Of a stretch of 64,000 nucleotides of DNA, positions 1 to 12,000 are shown in pieces. Position numbers and translations under genes: made by a program. Location: the NCBI GenBank assembly GCA_963719425.1, contig OY970382.1:244862-308861 (forward strand), read 5' to 3'. The notes under the pieces were generated by a model, which was not told the DNA's origin, ran no database searches, and saw nothing but the letters and a program-made list of their open reading frames with translations. Numbering within the stretch: the stretch's first letter is position 1; every line of letters starts with the position of its first letter. The stretch comes from an uncultured bacterium. Its GTDB lineage: Bacteria; Patescibacteriota; Minisyncoccia; UBA6257; 2-01-FULL-56-20.

Positions 1-9
1 GGCGCAATT

Positions 10-729
10 TCATTTTTCAAAGGTATCGGTCGTGTGACGGCGCTTTGCGACCTTTTCATCGGAGTCCAGCCGACCGTCCAAAAGATGGAGGATACGTTCC
101 GCATGTTCTGCCGTATGCGTCTCGTGCGTGATGAGGATAATCGTATGGCCTTGTTCTTCGTTCAGCTGTTGGATCGTTTGCATGACCTGCTGTCCTGATT
201 TTGAATCTAGGTTGCCCGTCGGTTCATCGGCGAAGATCACCTGCGGCGAGAGGATGAGCGCCCGGGCGATCGCGACGCGTTGTCGTTCGCCACCGGAGAG
301 CTGGGACGAGTGGTGGTGGAGGCGGTGGGCGAGCCCCACCGTTTCTACGGCCTTCATTGCCATGTCATCCCACTGCGATTCCGGGATGTCCGAGTAGAGC
401 AGGGGAAGCTTCACGTTGTCCAGCACGGTTGAGCGCGCGAGTAGGTTGAATGCTTGGAACACGAATCCCATCTTATGATTGCGGATGTGGGCGAGTTCGT
501 CCTCGGTATATTCCGACATTTCTTTTCCGTCAAAAAAATAGGTGCCGCTTGTGTAGCGGTCAAGAAACCCGAGGATGTGGAGCAGGGTTGATTTGCCGGA
601 TCCGGAAGGTCCCATAATGGACACGAACTCTCCCGCTTTGATGGAAAGCGAAACATCTTCTACGGCAACGGTTTCCGACCCTTCCTCGCCGTACACTTTT
701 CGGAGTGACTTGGCTTCAATGAGTGCCAT
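10..729 (-). CDS. ABC transporter ATP-binding protein (MacB/LolD-like)
   Basis: Walker [13 protein letters not shown] signature [15 protein letters not shown], Walker [13 protein letters not shown]-loop ITHE. Lies downstream of the adaptor gene on the same strand. Confidence 0.9.
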   Translation of the reverse strand: MALIEAKSLRKVYGEEGSETVAVEDVSLSIKAGEFVSIMGPSGSGKSTLLHILGFLDRYTSGTYFFDGKEMSEYTEDELAHIRNHKMGFVFQAFNLLARSTVLDNVKLPLLYSDIPESQWDDMAMKAVETVGLAHRLHHHSSQLSGGERQRVAIARALILSPQVIFADEPTGNLDSKSGQQVMQTIQQLNEEQGHTIILITHETHTAEHAERILHLLDGRLDSDEKVAKRRHTTDTFEK

Positions 730-746
730 GGGCCATACGGGGGCGC

Positions 747-2315
747 TTATGATGACGTGGGCGACCGGAGCACGACCTCTCCTTCGTTCAATCCCGAAGT
801 AATTTCAATGTTGCCTTGCGTGTCGCGGACGCCGACCGTCACGGCGCGCGTTTCAAGCGGCTGGTTCACGCCGTGATAGACTTGGACCGTGCGGCTGCCG
901 TCGGCGTTCGTCACGACCGCCCGTTGGGGGACATAGATCACGTTCTCGTGCGTCGCAGTTGTAATATCAATATTCGTGGTCATACCGGGTTTTACGTCCG
1001 AGCCAAAGGCGAACTGGAACGTGGTCTTATACGTCGGTACGCCTTCAATCACGGTTTCGCCGGGATCAATGTACGTTACTTTTCCCGAGAAGGTTTGACC
1101 CTGGAAAGCGTCAAGGGTCATCACGGCTGCGTCGCCCACGGTCACTTTGCCGATATCGGCTTCGGGGATATCCGCGTCCACTTCAAGGCCTTGGTCGGAA
1201 AGAAGAGAGACGAGGACGACCCCCGGCGTCGCGATTTCGCCGACCTTCGCGTTTTGCGTCGTCACTACGCCAGAAACTGGCGCTATGAGGGACGCCTTCG
1301 CGATTTTCACTTGTATGCCTTGGACGGTCGCTTGCGCTTGTTCCACTTGCGCCTGTTGCGCCTGGATATCCTCCGTGGTCGGGCCGGCAATTGTTTTCTG
1401 AAGTGTGGCCTCCAGTCCCTGGATTGTGATTTTTTGCGAAGCGATGTTCTGCGCGGCACCGTTCACGCCATTCACCGCGTTCGTGGTTTCGGTAAGCGCC
1501 GCGGTGAGCGCGGTCTTGTAGGCATCGAGCGTCGCCGTGGGAAGCCCCGTTTGTTCCACAATGGCGGCGCTTGCCGTCGTGAGAAGATCGTTTACGACCG
1601 AAAGATGCATGGCGCCGCTTTGGAGCGCGGCCTCAAGCGTTGAGGTGGGGGAGGCGGCGTTGATGCCGCCGAGCTCCGCCTGCCACGCATTGAGCTCGGC
1701 ACTTGCTTGAATTCTCTGGAATTGGACACGGTTCATCGTTTGCGAGTCATTGAGGACGAACGTGAGTTGCGGGTTCACGCTTTCGGGGTTGGAGAAAAAG
1801 GGAGCGAGCTGGTTGCGAACGGCATCGTTTGTCTCTGCATACGCGCTCGTAAGCGCGCCGTCCACATTCCCATACATATTGATAAGGTCTTGTTCCGCCC
1901 CGTCCAGATTGGCCTGCGCGGTTTGAATATCCTCCGGCCGTGATCCGATCTGGAGCGATCGAAGATTCGCGGTCTGGGTATCTACGTCTGCTTGTGCTTG
2001 GGCGAGCTGGGCTGCAAGGTCGCTCGTATCCAAACGCGCGATGGCACCGCCCACATTCACGTGATCGCCCACGTCGGCATTGACCGCCGCAATCGTCCCA
2101 CCGATTTCAAAAGCAAGATCCACGCTGTGGACCGGTGCGGTATTGCCCGTCACGCTTACGATTTGGACGATCGTGCCGCGTGCGGCCGTCGCAAGCTGAT
2201 AGTCGGGATTTTTCGGAGCAAACCATAATTTATAAATGCCCCATCCGAGAAGTAGGACTATCACTGCTGCCACGATTTTTTTGGTGGTGCTGAGCCGCAC
2301 AAAGAATGATTTCAT
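747..2315 (-). CDS. HlyD/MacA-family periplasmic adaptor (membrane fusion protein)
   Basis: N-terminal TM helix (IVAAVIVLLLGWGIY), a long Q/A-rich coiled-coil and a C-terminal beta-rich region. The ORF-track 5' extension to 2591 was rejected in favour of the internal ATG (MKSFFVRL) just before the TM. Confidence 0.75.
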   Translation of the reverse strand: MKSFFVRLSTTKKIVAAVIVLLLGWGIYKLWFAPKNPDYQLATAARGTIVQIVSVTGNTAPVHSVDLAFEIGGTIAAVNADVGDHVNVGGAIARLDTSDLAAQLAQAQADVDTQTANLRSLQIGSRPEDIQTAQANLDGAEQDLINMYGNVDGALTSAYAETNDAVRNQLAPFFSNPESVNPQLTFVLNDSQTMNRVQFQRIQASAELNAWQAELGGINAASPTSTLEAALQSGAMHLSVVNDLLTTASAAIVEQTGLPTATLDAYKTALTAALTETTNAVNGVNGAAQNIASQKITIQGLEATLQKTIAGPTTEDIQAQQAQVEQAQATVQGIQVKIAKASLIAPVSGVVTTQNAKVGEIATPGVVLVSLLSDQGLEVDADIPEADIGKVTVGDAAVMTLDAFQGQTFSGKVTYIDPGETVIEGVPTYKTTFQFAFGSDVKPGMTTNIDITTATHENVIYVPQRAVVTNADGSRTVQVYHGVNQPLETRAVTVGVRDTQGNIEITSGLNEGEVVLRSPTSS

Positions 2316-2354
2316 ATCGCTAGTATACCACATTCCGATTGTCCACACGGTCGC

Positions 2355-2384
2355 TTGACATGCGCGGCCGATGCCGGCTATAAT
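2355..2384 (+). promoter_or_regulatory. sigma-70-type promoter, TTGACA-N18-TATAAT
   Basis: ttgaca tgcgcggccgatgccggc tataat sits about 37 nt upstream of the ABC-2 ATPase ATG at 2422. Confidence 0.5.
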
Positions 2385-2421
2385 AGTTAAGTATATTAAC
2401 CATTTAAATATACTAACCATT

Positions 2422-3228
2422 ATGGATAACATTATTGAGGTGAAGAATTTGGTGAAGCAGTTCGGCGGTTTTGTGGCAGTGAACCATATTTCCTTTGATG
2501 TCAAAAAAGGGGAGGTTTTCGCCTTTTTGGGGCCGAATGGGGCAGGGAAGTCCACTACGATCAAGATGCTCACCACGCTCCTGCATCCCACGGGCGGCTC
2601 GATCGTGCTCGACGGTCACAGCCCAACGGAGGACCCCGAAGAAGTGCGGCGCTCGTTCGGCATCGTGTTCCAGGACCCGAGTTTGGACGACGAACTTACG
2701 GCGAAAGAAAACATGGAATTCCATGGGATTCTGTATAATGTTCCTGCGGAATTGCGCAAAGAGCGCGTTGAACAACTTATGAAGTTCGTGGAATTGTGGG
2801 ACCGGCGCGACAGCTTGGTCAAGGAATTTTCCGGCGGCATGAAGCGGCGGTTGGAAATCGCGCGCGGGCTTTTGCACCATCCGAAAGTGATATTTTTGGA
2901 CGAGCCGACGCTCGGCCTTGATCCGCAGACGCGCAACCATATGTGGACCTATCTGCAGGACTTGAACAAGAAGGAAGGCGTCACGGTATTTTTCACGACC
3001 CACTACATGGAAGAGGCGGCGCGCATAGCCCAGCGGATCGCGATCATTGATCACGGGGAGATCGTCGCCATAGGAAGCACGCAAGAACTCATGAAGCAGA
3101 CGGGAACTCCTTCGCTTGAAGACGCATTCCTTAAGCTGACTGGCAACGTGATCCGAGAAGAGGAGTCCAACGCGGTTGACCGGTTGCGTTCGCGTGCGCG
3201 CGCATGGGGCAACCGGGGAAGAAGGTAA
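2422..3228 (+). CDS. ABC-2 type transporter ATP-binding protein
   Basis: Walker A GPNGAGKST, signature FSGGMKRRLEIARGL, Walker B IFLDEPTLGLD. Start taken at MDNIIEVKNL (ATG 2422). Confidence 0.9.
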   Translation: MDNIIEVKNLVKQFGGFVAVNHISFDVKKGEVFAFLGPNGAGKSTTIKMLTTLLHPTGGSIVLDGHSPTEDPEEVRRSFGIVFQDPSLDDELTAKENMEFHGILYNVPAELRKERVEQLMKFVELWDRRDSLVKEFSGGMKRRLEIARGLLHHPKVIFLDEPTLGLDPQTRNHMWTYLQDLNKKEGVTVFFTTHYMEEAARIAQRIAIIDHGEIVAIGSTQELMKQTGTPSLEDAFLKLTGNVIREEESNAVDRLRSRARAWGNRGRR

Positions 3229-3246
3229 CAATATAATTCATTCACC

Positions 3247-3993
3247 ATGAAAACCATCTATATAATGTGGCTCCGTGAGTTGAAGCGGTATTTCCGTTCA
3301 AGGTCGCGGATGATCGGTTCGCTTGGCCAGCCGCTTCTCTTTCTGCTTGCGCTCGGTTACGGCCTGGGATCCGTTTTCCAGGCCGCAGGCCAAGGGAATT
3401 ATTTTCAGTTTTTGGTGCCGGGCATTGTCGGCATGAGCATTATTTTTACCGCGATTTTTTCCGGTATCCAGCTCATTTGGGATCGGCAGTTCGGATTTTT
3501 GAAGGAGACGCTTGTCGCGCCGGTATCGCGGCTCAACATCATGATCGGCCGCACGCTCGGCGGCGCGACCGTCGCGACATTCCAGGGAATCATCGTTTTC
3601 TTGATCTCCATGGTGTTCGGTTTCCGTCCGGATAATTGGTGGCTTCTGCCCGTCGCAGTCATCTTTATGCTTCTCGTCGCGCTGCTCTTTACCGCGCTCG
3701 GCACCGGCATCGCTTCGCTCCTTGAAGACATGCAGGGCTTCCAACTCATCATGAACTTCCTTGTCATGCCTTTGTTCTTCCTGTCTGGGGCGCTTTTTCC
3801 GCTCACCGGCTTGCCCGCTATCCTTACTGGCCTCACGACGGTTGACCCGCTCTCGTATGGCATTGATTCCTTCCGCGCGCTCCTTGTGAATACCACGCAT
3901 TTCGGCCTCGGCATTGACTTCGTCGTGCTTGCCGTCATCACCGCCGTGTTCTTGGGTGTCGGGAGCTATCTCTTTTCAAAGATCGAGGTATAA
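3247..3993 (+). CDS. ABC-2 type transporter permease
   Basis: Six predicted TM helices, ABC-2 family length and hydropathy. Immediately downstream of the ATPase. Confidence 0.8.
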   Translation: MKTIYIMWLRELKRYFRSRSRMIGSLGQPLLFLLALGYGLGSVFQAAGQGNYFQFLVPGIVGMSIIFTAIFSGIQLIWDRQFGFLKETLVAPVSRLNIMIGRTLGGATVATFQGIIVFLISMVFGFRPDNWWLLPVAVIFMLLVALLFTALGTGIASLLEDMQGFQLIMNFLVMPLFFLSGALFPLTGLPAILTGLTTVDPLSYGIDSFRALLVNTTHFGLGIDFVVLAVITAVFLGVGSYLFSKIEV

Positions 3994-4012
3994 AGGATAT
4001 AATTGAGAGGTC

Positions 4013-4726
4013 ATGAAAGTGGAGTGGAACAAGGTGACGTGGTATTCCAAGGTCATTGCACTCATTCTTTTTGTGGCGTTGCCCTTCATCGGATTCTATT
4101 ACGGTGTTGGATATGGAATAGCTCTCCAGGAATCACGCGATATCTTGGCGCTCGCACAACAGAATGTCACTACGAGCGTGAGCTACTACGAAAACGTCGC
4201 TGCGTGGCAGGTCAGCGATAGGAGCGATGCGGGATTTTCTATCGCATATCCAATTGATTTTGATACAAACGATATTTATTCAATAGCGACGTCCACCGAT
4301 TGGCAGTTTGGCGCGGACGAGTCGCAGCCGGACGCTCTTGCCTTCACCCTTATGATACCGCGGGTTTTTGAACCGCAAACGAACTTTGCCGATGCGAAAC
4401 TCACCGTTGGCTATAGCGCAAACGGCGCTGCCGTTGCGCAGTGCCTTGCGACGGGTCCGGCATCCGGCCCTTCGAGTGCGACTTCCAGCGTTACGATGGA
4501 TGGCGTCCAGTTCACCGTGTTTCATTTCGCGGACGCCGGCGCGGGCAATTATTACGAGACGACAAGTTACCGGACGATTCGGGCGGGAAAATGCTGGGCG
4601 GTGGAATATACCATTCATTCGTCACAGATTGCGAACTATCCGGAATCCTACGGATTGCATCCGTTTGATCACGCAATGGTAACGGCCGTGCTCAACCGGA
4701 TCGTGAACACGTTCCGTTTTGAGTGA
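4013..4726 (+). CDS. hypothetical membrane-anchored extracytoplasmic protein
   Basis: N-terminal TM or signal anchor (VIALILFVALPFIGFYY). TATAAT at 3998-4003, nine nt before the ATG. Confidence 0.55.
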   Translation: MKVEWNKVTWYSKVIALILFVALPFIGFYYGVGYGIALQESRDILALAQQNVTTSVSYYENVAAWQVSDRSDAGFSIAYPIDFDTNDIYSIATSTDWQFGADESQPDALAFTLMIPRVFEPQTNFADAKLTVGYSANGAAVAQCLATGPASGPSSATSSVTMDGVQFTVFHFADAGAGNYYETTSYRTIRAGKCWAVEYTIHSSQIANYPESYGLHPFDHAMVTAVLNRIVNTFRFE

Positions 4727-4733
4727 TCATATC

Positions 4734-5399
4734 ATGCGAAGGACCAGTGCCATTGTCCTCGTCACCGTCATGTTCCTCGTCATTATTGTCGGCATGGGCC
4801 GGTTTTTTACGTATTCAAATCTGGCAGCGCCGGGGAGCCAGCCCTCGGGAAACCAATTACAGGAAACCCAGATCAACACCTATGTGCCGATAATGCCGGC
4901 GAGTTCTACGCCGGTGGTTGTGGGCTCCTGCTTTACGAACTCAATCGCGGCGCCCTACCGCTCGGACGCGTGGCGCTGTTCCGTCGGGAATGCTATAAGC
5001 GATCCTTGTTTTGAGATTCCCAATAGCAAAAATCTTTTCTGCGGCGCTGATCCCGCGGCACCGGCGGCGACTTCTTCCTTTGTGCTCAAGCTTACGAAAT
5101 CCCTCCCCGCATCCGAAGTGCCCTCAAGTACTGTTCCCTCAAACTGGGCGTGGCTTGTGGTGCTTTCGGACGGGACATTGTGTACGCCGTTCACCGGCAC
5201 GCGTCCGTTTGCCGCGGGCGGTGAAGTCGCCTTGTATGCCTGCAACGGCGGAGTGGGCGAGGAGATGATATTCGGCGATCTTCACAATGCTGGGGCAGTA
5301 TGGACGGCAATGGTTGGTTCGCTTTCGCGGTCAACTTCAACGTTCCCGCCTGTTATTGAGTCGTCGTCTACGGTTTCCGTGTCAGCCGTCTGGCAGTAG
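4734..5399 (+). CDS. hypothetical membrane-anchored Cys-containing protein
   Basis: N-terminal TM (AIVLVTVMFLVIIVGM) and several Cys. The ORF track starts at TTG 4719; the ATG at 4734 is preferred. Confidence 0.5.
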   Translation: MRRTSAIVLVTVMFLVIIVGMGRFFTYSNLAAPGSQPSGNQLQETQINTYVPIMPASSTPVVVGSCFTNSIAAPYRSDAWRCSVGNAISDPCFEIPNSKNLFCGADPAAPAATSSFVLKLTKSLPASEVPSSTVPSNWAWLVVLSDGTLCTPFTGTRPFAAGGEVALYACNGGVGEEMIFGDLHNAGAVWTAMVGSLSRSTSTFPPVIESSSTVSVSAVWQ

Positions 5400-5412
5400 T
5401 GGCAGCACCTCA

Positions 5413-5982
5413 CTAGTCGTTTTTCCCGTGCGTTGCAAGGAGCGCCGTGAATTCCTTTTCCAACTTTTGCACCTTTGGTTCAATGATAATTTGGCAGTAG
5501 GGCTGCGCGGGATTGTTTTTGAAATAATTCCGGTGATAATCCTCGGCTTCGTAAAATTTTTCCAAAGGCTTCACTTCGGTAACCACCGGCTTTCCGTGCG
5601 GATCGGAATCGTTTAATTTTTTGATAAACGTTTCTGCGGCGCGCTTTTGCGCGTCGTTTGCGTAGAGGATGATGGAACGATATTGCGGACCCACGTCATT
5701 GCCCTGGCGATTGATTGTCGTGGGGTCATGCGTGGCAAAGAAGACCGTTAAAAGATCATTAAAGGACACTTGACTCGGGTCAAATTTAATCCTCGCGACC
5801 TCGGCATGGCCCGTTTTGCCCGTGCAGACGGCCTCCCAAGAGGGGTTCGCGAGCGTTCCGCCGGCATAGCCCGGAACCACAGAAATAACACCTTTTAGGG
5901 ACTGGAAGACCGCCTCGGTGCACCAGAAGCATCCGCCGCCAAAGACCCCAATTTCGTGTTGATTTGAATGTTGGTTTTGCAT
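5413..5982 (-). CDS. msrA: peptide methionine sulfoxide reductase MsrA
   Basis: Catalytic motif [12 protein letters not shown], MsrA-length protein. Confidence 0.9.
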   Translation of the reverse strand: MQNQHSNQHEIGVFGGGCFWCTEAVFQSLKGVISVVPGYAGGTLANPSWEAVCTGKTGHAEVARIKFDPSQVSFNDLLTVFFATHDPTTINRQGNDVGPQYRSIILYANDAQKRAAETFIKKLNDSDPHGKPVVTEVKPLEKFYEAEDYHRNYFKNNPAQPYCQIIIEPKVQKLEKEFTALLATHGKND

Positions 5983-6000
5983 GGATTTTTATTCTAACAC

Positions 6001-6024
6001 AAATCCCCGCTGGGGCGGGGATTT
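6001..6024 (-). terminator. perfect 10-bp GC-rich hairpin (AAATCCCCGC-tggg-GCGGGGATTT) between the giant gene stop and the msrA start
   Basis: Palindrome visible in the sequence. No clean U-run follows, so it may be a terminator or processing/regulatory stem for the giant gene transcript. Confidence 0.3.
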
Positions 6025-6055
6025 GTGTCGCGTTTCGCACGTCCGCGCGGGCGTT

Positions 6056-9000
6056 CTACTGCGAGCAGAGCTGATTCAGGACTGATCGGGTCGCGGAACC
6101 TACGTAACCGTTGCCGGAAGTGAGGCCGTTCGGTGCAAGGATCTCATCGGCAAAGATGTTCTGGAAGATGATGACCGCATTCTTCGTGGCGTCGCCGAAG
6201 TAGGTGCTTTCATTGCCCGGCGAGCCCACGCCGCTCTGCGCCACTTGCGTGAGGTCGCTCATGTTCAGGACCGTTTGGAGCATTTTTACGTCGGCGTTGT
6301 TCATCCCTTGAGACAGGTTTTGGTTGAACTGGGCCGAACAAGAAGCGTCTTTCAGCTGCTGGGTGACCAGTTTTTTCTCAAGCGCGATAAGCTGTTGCAT
6401 CAAGCTTTGGAGAAGCTGGAGGAGTACTCCGGGATTCGTCGTTGAAGCGCCCAAGACCTGGCCGCCGCCCGTCGTGATCGTCGGTGGGTAATAGCCAGTA
6501 CCACCGCCCCCACCGCCTCCGCCGCCGGAAGTCACTACTATTCCACCTCCGTTGCCGGTATTACCTCCGGGCTGCGTTGCGCTGCCCGTAGTTGTTACTG
6601 TTATTTCGTTACCTACACTCTCCGGTGAGCCGTGCGAGACAGAGCGAAGATAGTAGGTGGTACCCGGCGTGAGGCCGGAAACCGTCACGCTGTGGTCGGT
6701 CGTCGTTGCTGCGTTCTCGTCCGTAGAGTTCGCGTAACCGTAGTTCGGCTCACCAGCTGCGGTGCTGGAAGCATCAGAAACCGATGCAGTGCCATATACC
6801 ACGCGGCTCGTCGCCGGATGATCGGTGGTCCAGGTGATCGTAACAGAGGTATCCGTCGGGTTGGTGGAGGTTTGTTCGGAAATGATCGGCGCTGGCAGAG
6901 CGAAGGTTTCTGTAAAGGCGCAAGGAATTGAATTGCCCGCAGGGGCCGTCTTGCCCTGACAGTCTCCATTGTTGCCCACCGTATAGTTGGTGAGCGATGA
7001 AATATTCGCGCCGTACGTCATTTTCTCATCCACCGTTACGAGTGTTCCTGAAGCGTTGCCTGGGAAGGTGGATGTGCTCGGGTGGCCTCCAATGATTGTC
7101 ACCGTAAAGTCGGAAGGCGTCGCCGAGCCACCTGCTGAGTTGTCAACTGTCACTGTAACGTTCAGGGTGCTTGTCGGCGTCGGCGGTGGGGGAGGCAGCT
7201 CGCTTATGATAAGCGTGTAGTGCTGCGCTGTTGAGAGCGAGCCATCCGAGACGCTTGTCGCTGTGATATCAAGCGGGAAGGTGCCTGTAGCCGTTGGGGT
7301 TCCGGAGAGAAGGCCGTCCGCAAAGTTCAAGCCAGGGATCGTGCCGCTCGCGTTCCAATTGAAGGTGTCAGAGGCGTTCCCGCTGTTCGTTGCCGTGAAG
7401 GTCTGCGAGTAGCTCGTGTCCGTCTCGGTGCCGGGAAGCGCGCCAGCCGCGGGGCTTATCGTAATGGTAGAGATGGAGGCCGGCGCTTCAACCACTTTGA
7501 TGCTGTAATCGCCGCTTGCGCTCTGCGAATTGTCCGAGTCGCTGGTCGCGTTCACGGAGAAGTTGAAGGTGCCGGTTGCGGTCGGCGTCCCCGAGATGCT
7601 CAGTGAGAAGCCGTCCGAAGAGGTGCTTACGTCCATGCCCGTCGGGATCGCGCCTGCGGTGATTGCGAAGATAAAGGTGTCAGTAGCATTCGCGGAGTTC
7701 GTTGCGTGGATCGTGGCCGGTGCCGGGTAGAGCACGTTCACTGTCGCGTCGTTGAATCCGCCGCTCGGAGGAGTAAGTGTCACCGTGGAGCTTGGCGTTG
7801 ACGTTGGAGCCGCAGCTTCCACCGTCAAGGTGTAGTTCTTGCTCGCCACGTTGCTTTGCACGTTACTGCCATTCACCGAGACGTTGATCGTCGAACTGCC
7901 AACATCACTCGCGTGCGGAGTGCCGCTCACCGTTGTGGTGTCACCGGCGGGCGTCGAGGTCGCCCATGCGGGCAGGCCCGCGATTTGCCAGGTCAAAGTG
8001 TCCGCCGGGTCGGTTGAAGTCGCAACGATGGTCGCGCTGTACGGGGTCTCCGCAGTCGCCGTGTCAGGCGTGAGGCCCGAGACGATCGTGATCGTTGGCG
8101 CGTTGCTTACCGCGAAGTCAAAGTGCTGGGTCGCTGTGCTCGCGCCGTTCGTGTTGTTTGTCGCGGTTACGTCAATCGGGAAGGTTCCGGTTGCGGCCGG
8201 GGTGCCAGTGAGGTTGCCATCGGTGAAGGTCAAGCCAGGGATTGTTCCGCTCGCGTTCCAGTTGAAGGTATCAGAAGCGTCCGCGTCAGAAGCCGTGAAG
8301 TTTCCGCTATAGGAAACGCCTATCGTCGCGTTGAGCGAGGGCGGTGTGATGGTTACTGCCGGCGCCGCAAGAACCGAGATCGAGAAATCCTGGGCCGTCG
8401 GGGCGCTCGCCGGGTTCGCGCCCGTTGCAGTCATATTCACCGTTGAGGAGCCGAGATCGGCTGATTCAGGCGTACCAGAGATGGTCGCTGTGTCGCCATT
8501 CACCGCAAACGATGTAATCCATGCAGGCAGCGGCGTTGAGGTGCTGAGAGTCAGGGTATCTGCTGGATTGGTTGAAGTGGCCGTAATCGTCGCCGTGTAG
8601 GGGATGCCAACTGTCGCATCCGGAAGCGGCGAGGTCGTTATGAAGGAAATGGCTGGAGCATTGCCAACCGTGATTGTGTCGGTCAAGGAGCCCGCGCTTG
8701 CGACATTTAAGGTACTCGTCGCATTCACGTTGAGAACAATTGAATCAGTCGTGGTCGGGGTGCCAGCGATGGTGAGCGTCGTTGGGGTTGAAGTGCTCGT
8801 GAAGCCGTCAGGCAAACCAGCCACACCGAAGGTAAAGGTGTCAGTCGCATTGCTGTCGCTTGCCGTGAAGGTTTGGCTGAAGGACACGCCTACTTCAGCT
8901 ACGTCAGGCGATGAGGTCGCGATCGTGATCGCCGGGGCGTCGCTTACCGTGAGGGGATAGGTTTGCGTTACGGTGGTTGAAGCGTTCGTTTCGTTCGTCG

Positions 9001-12000
9001 CGGTCACCGAGACCGTTGTTGAGGTCGGGGTCGTGGGCGTTCCGGAGATCGTGAGCGTGTTGCCCGTCGGGATGCTCGTTATGCCATCCGGCAAATCGCT
9101 CACTGTCCAGTTGAAGACACCAGTGTCAGTTGAAGAGACTGTGAGGATCGCGCCCGCGTAGGGGACACCCACCGTCGCCGTGTCGGGCACCTCGCCCGTG
9201 ATCGCTACATCCGCGGAGTTCACGGTGATTATATTCGGAGCGTTATTCACAGTGAAGGTCTGTGGAACGTTGGGAGCTGCCTCATGGTTCAAGTCGCTGG
9301 CCTGTTCTGCCGTGATCATGCAGCTGCCTGGGCCCATGAGGTGGACCGTGTTCGCAGAGATTGTACAGACGTCGGACGAGGTTGCGGTGAAGGTTACCGC
9401 GAGGCCCGAGGTTGATGTTGCGCTGATTGAGAAATCGGGATCGCCGATCGTCACATCAGCGAGGGGAGCGAACGCGATCGTCTGGCTCGCCTGTGCGATG
9501 ACGAGCGTGCCGGTAGCCGTACCCGCATAGTTCGGGTCAGTGATCGTGGCAGCTACTGCGTATGTTCCCGCGTCTACAGGAGTGGTCGTCGCATTATCGT
9601 ACGTCACAATATTTGCAAGGTTGTCCGGATTTGTCGTGACGCCAACCGTCTTCGGATTGCCATCATAAACCTGATTGAGATCTGCACTGTTCAGAGCAAT
9701 CGTAATAGACGATGGAGCGATCGCGTCAGCCACCGTGCCGGTCGCGTTGTTGTAGTTGCCGGTCGCGTCCGTGAAGGTCCAGGGATCGGTGGGGTAGCCC
9801 GCCGCGTCCGTGTGCGTCGTGCCCGTGAGATCAAGGCCGCTCAGGGCTTCGTCCAATACCCCTTTCGCGGTCCCGGTCGCGGTGTGGGCCGCGCCGTCAA
9901 ACGGCACTGCGTAGGGCGTGACTATGATGGTCGGGTTGGCTTTGGTGATCGCGATCGCTACCGTGCCGCTCGCATCGTTGTAGTTGGTACCGCCCGTGAA
10001 GGTCCAGGAGGCGGTGCCGCCAGGAACGTTCGTGAAGGAAGCACCGAGATCAAGCGAGGCCGCGAGGTCCGCACCGCCGATACCGGTCGCCGTCCCGGTC
10101 GCGCTGTGCGCCGCGCCATCGTAGACGCCGGTGTAGCCGGTGACATTGATGGTCGCATCCACCTTGCCGATCGCGTCAGCCACCGTGCCGGTCGCGTTGT
10201 TGTAGTTGCCGGTCGCGTCCGTGAAGGTCCAGGGATCAGTGGGGTAGCCCGCCGCGTCCGTGTGCGTCGTGCCCGTGAGATCAAGGCCGCTCAGGGCTTC
10301 GTCCAATACCCCTTTCGCGGTCCCGGTCGCGGTGTGGGCCGCGCCGTCAAACGGCACTGCGTAGGGCGTGACTATGATGGTCGGGTTGGCTTTGGTGATC
10401 GCGATCGCTACCGTGCCGCTCGCATCGTTGTAGTTGGTACCGCCCGTGAAGGTCCAGGAGGCGGTGCCGCCAGGAACGTTCGTGAAGGAAGCACCGAGAT
10501 CAAGCGAGGCCGCGAGGTCCGCACCGCCGATACCGGTCGCCGTCCCGGTCGCGCTGTGCGCCGCGCCATCGTAGACGCCGGTGTAGCCGGTGACATTGAT
10601 GGTCGCATCCACCTTGCCGATCGCGTCAGCCACCGTGCCGGTCGCGTTGTTGTAGTTGCCGGTCGCGTCCGTGAAGGTCCAGGGATCAGTGGGGTAGCCC
10701 GCCGCGTCCGTGTGCGTCGTGCCCGTGAGATCAAGGCCGCTCAGGGCTTCGTCCAATACCCCTTTCGCGGTCCCGGTCGCGGTGTGGGCCGCGCCGTCAA
10801 ACGGCACTGCGTAGGGCGTGACTATGATGGTCGGGTTGGCTTTGGTGATCGCGATCGCTACCGTGCCGCTCGCATCGTTGTAGTTGGTACCGCCCGTGAA
10901 GGTCCAGGAGGCGGTGCCGCCAGGAACGTTCGTGAAGGAAGCACCGAGATCAAGCGAGGCCGCGAGGTCCGCACCGCCGATACCGGTCGCCGTCCCGGTC
11001 GCGCTGTGCGCCGCGCCATCGTAGACGCCGGTGTAGCCGGTGACATTGATGGTCGCATCCACCTTGCCGATCGCGTCAGCCACCGTGCCGGTCGCGTTGT
11101 TGTAGTTGCCGGTCGCGTCCGTGAAGGTCCAGGGATCAGTGGGGTAGCCCGCCGCGTCCGTGTGCGTCGTGCCCGTGAGATCAAGGCCGCTCAGGGCTTC
11201 GTCCAATACCCCTTTCGCGGTCCCGGTCGCGGTGTGGGCCGCGCCGTCAAACGGCACTGCGTAGGGCGTGACTATGATGGTCGGGTTGGCTTTGGTGATC
11301 GCGATCGCTACCGTGCCGCTCGCATCGTTGTAGTTGGTACCGCCCGTGAAGGTCCAGGAGGCGGTGCCGCCAGGAACGTTCGTGAAGGAAGCACCGAGAT
11401 CAAGCGAGGCCGCGAGGTCCGCACCGCCGATACCGGTCGCCGTCCCGGTCGCGCTGTGCGCCGCGCCATCGTAGACGCCGGTGTAGCCGGTGACATTGAT
11501 GGTCGCATCCACCTTGCCGATCGCGTCAGCCACCGTGCCGGTCGCGTTGTTGTAGTTGCCGGTCGCGTCCGTGAAGGTCCAGGGATCAGTGGGGTAGCCC
11601 GCCGCGTCCGTGTGCGTCGTGCCCGTGAGATCAAGGCCGCTCAGGGCTTCGTCCAATACCCCTTTCGCGGTCCCGGTCGCGGTGTGGGCCGCGCCGTCAA
11701 ACGGCACTGCGTAGGGCGTGACTATGATGGTCGGGTTGGCTTTGGTGATCGCGATCGCTACCGTGCCGCTCGCATCGTTGTAGTTGGTACCGCCCGTGAA
11801 GGTCCAGGAGGCGGTGCCGCCAGGAACGTTCGTGAAGGAAGCACCGAGATCAAGCGAGGCCGCGAGGTCCGCACCGCCGATACCGGTCGCCGTCCCGGTC
11901 GCGCTGTGCGCCGCGCCATCGTAGACGCCGGTGTAGCCGGTGACATTGATGGTCGCATCCACCTTGCCGATCGCGTCAGCCACCGTGCCGGTCGCGTTGT

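Noticed and set aside
816-1643. 275-aa plus-strand ORF; also 3298..3900 and 3405..3941 on the minus strand
   Set aside because: These are antisense shadows of the adaptor gene and the ABC-2 permease, with low-complexity Arg-rich translations.
2371-2421. ORF-track start of the ABC-2 ATPase at 2371
   Set aside because: That start lies inside the -10/-35 promoter elements. The ATG at 2422 (MDNIIEVKNL) gives the canonical N-terminus for ABC ATPases.
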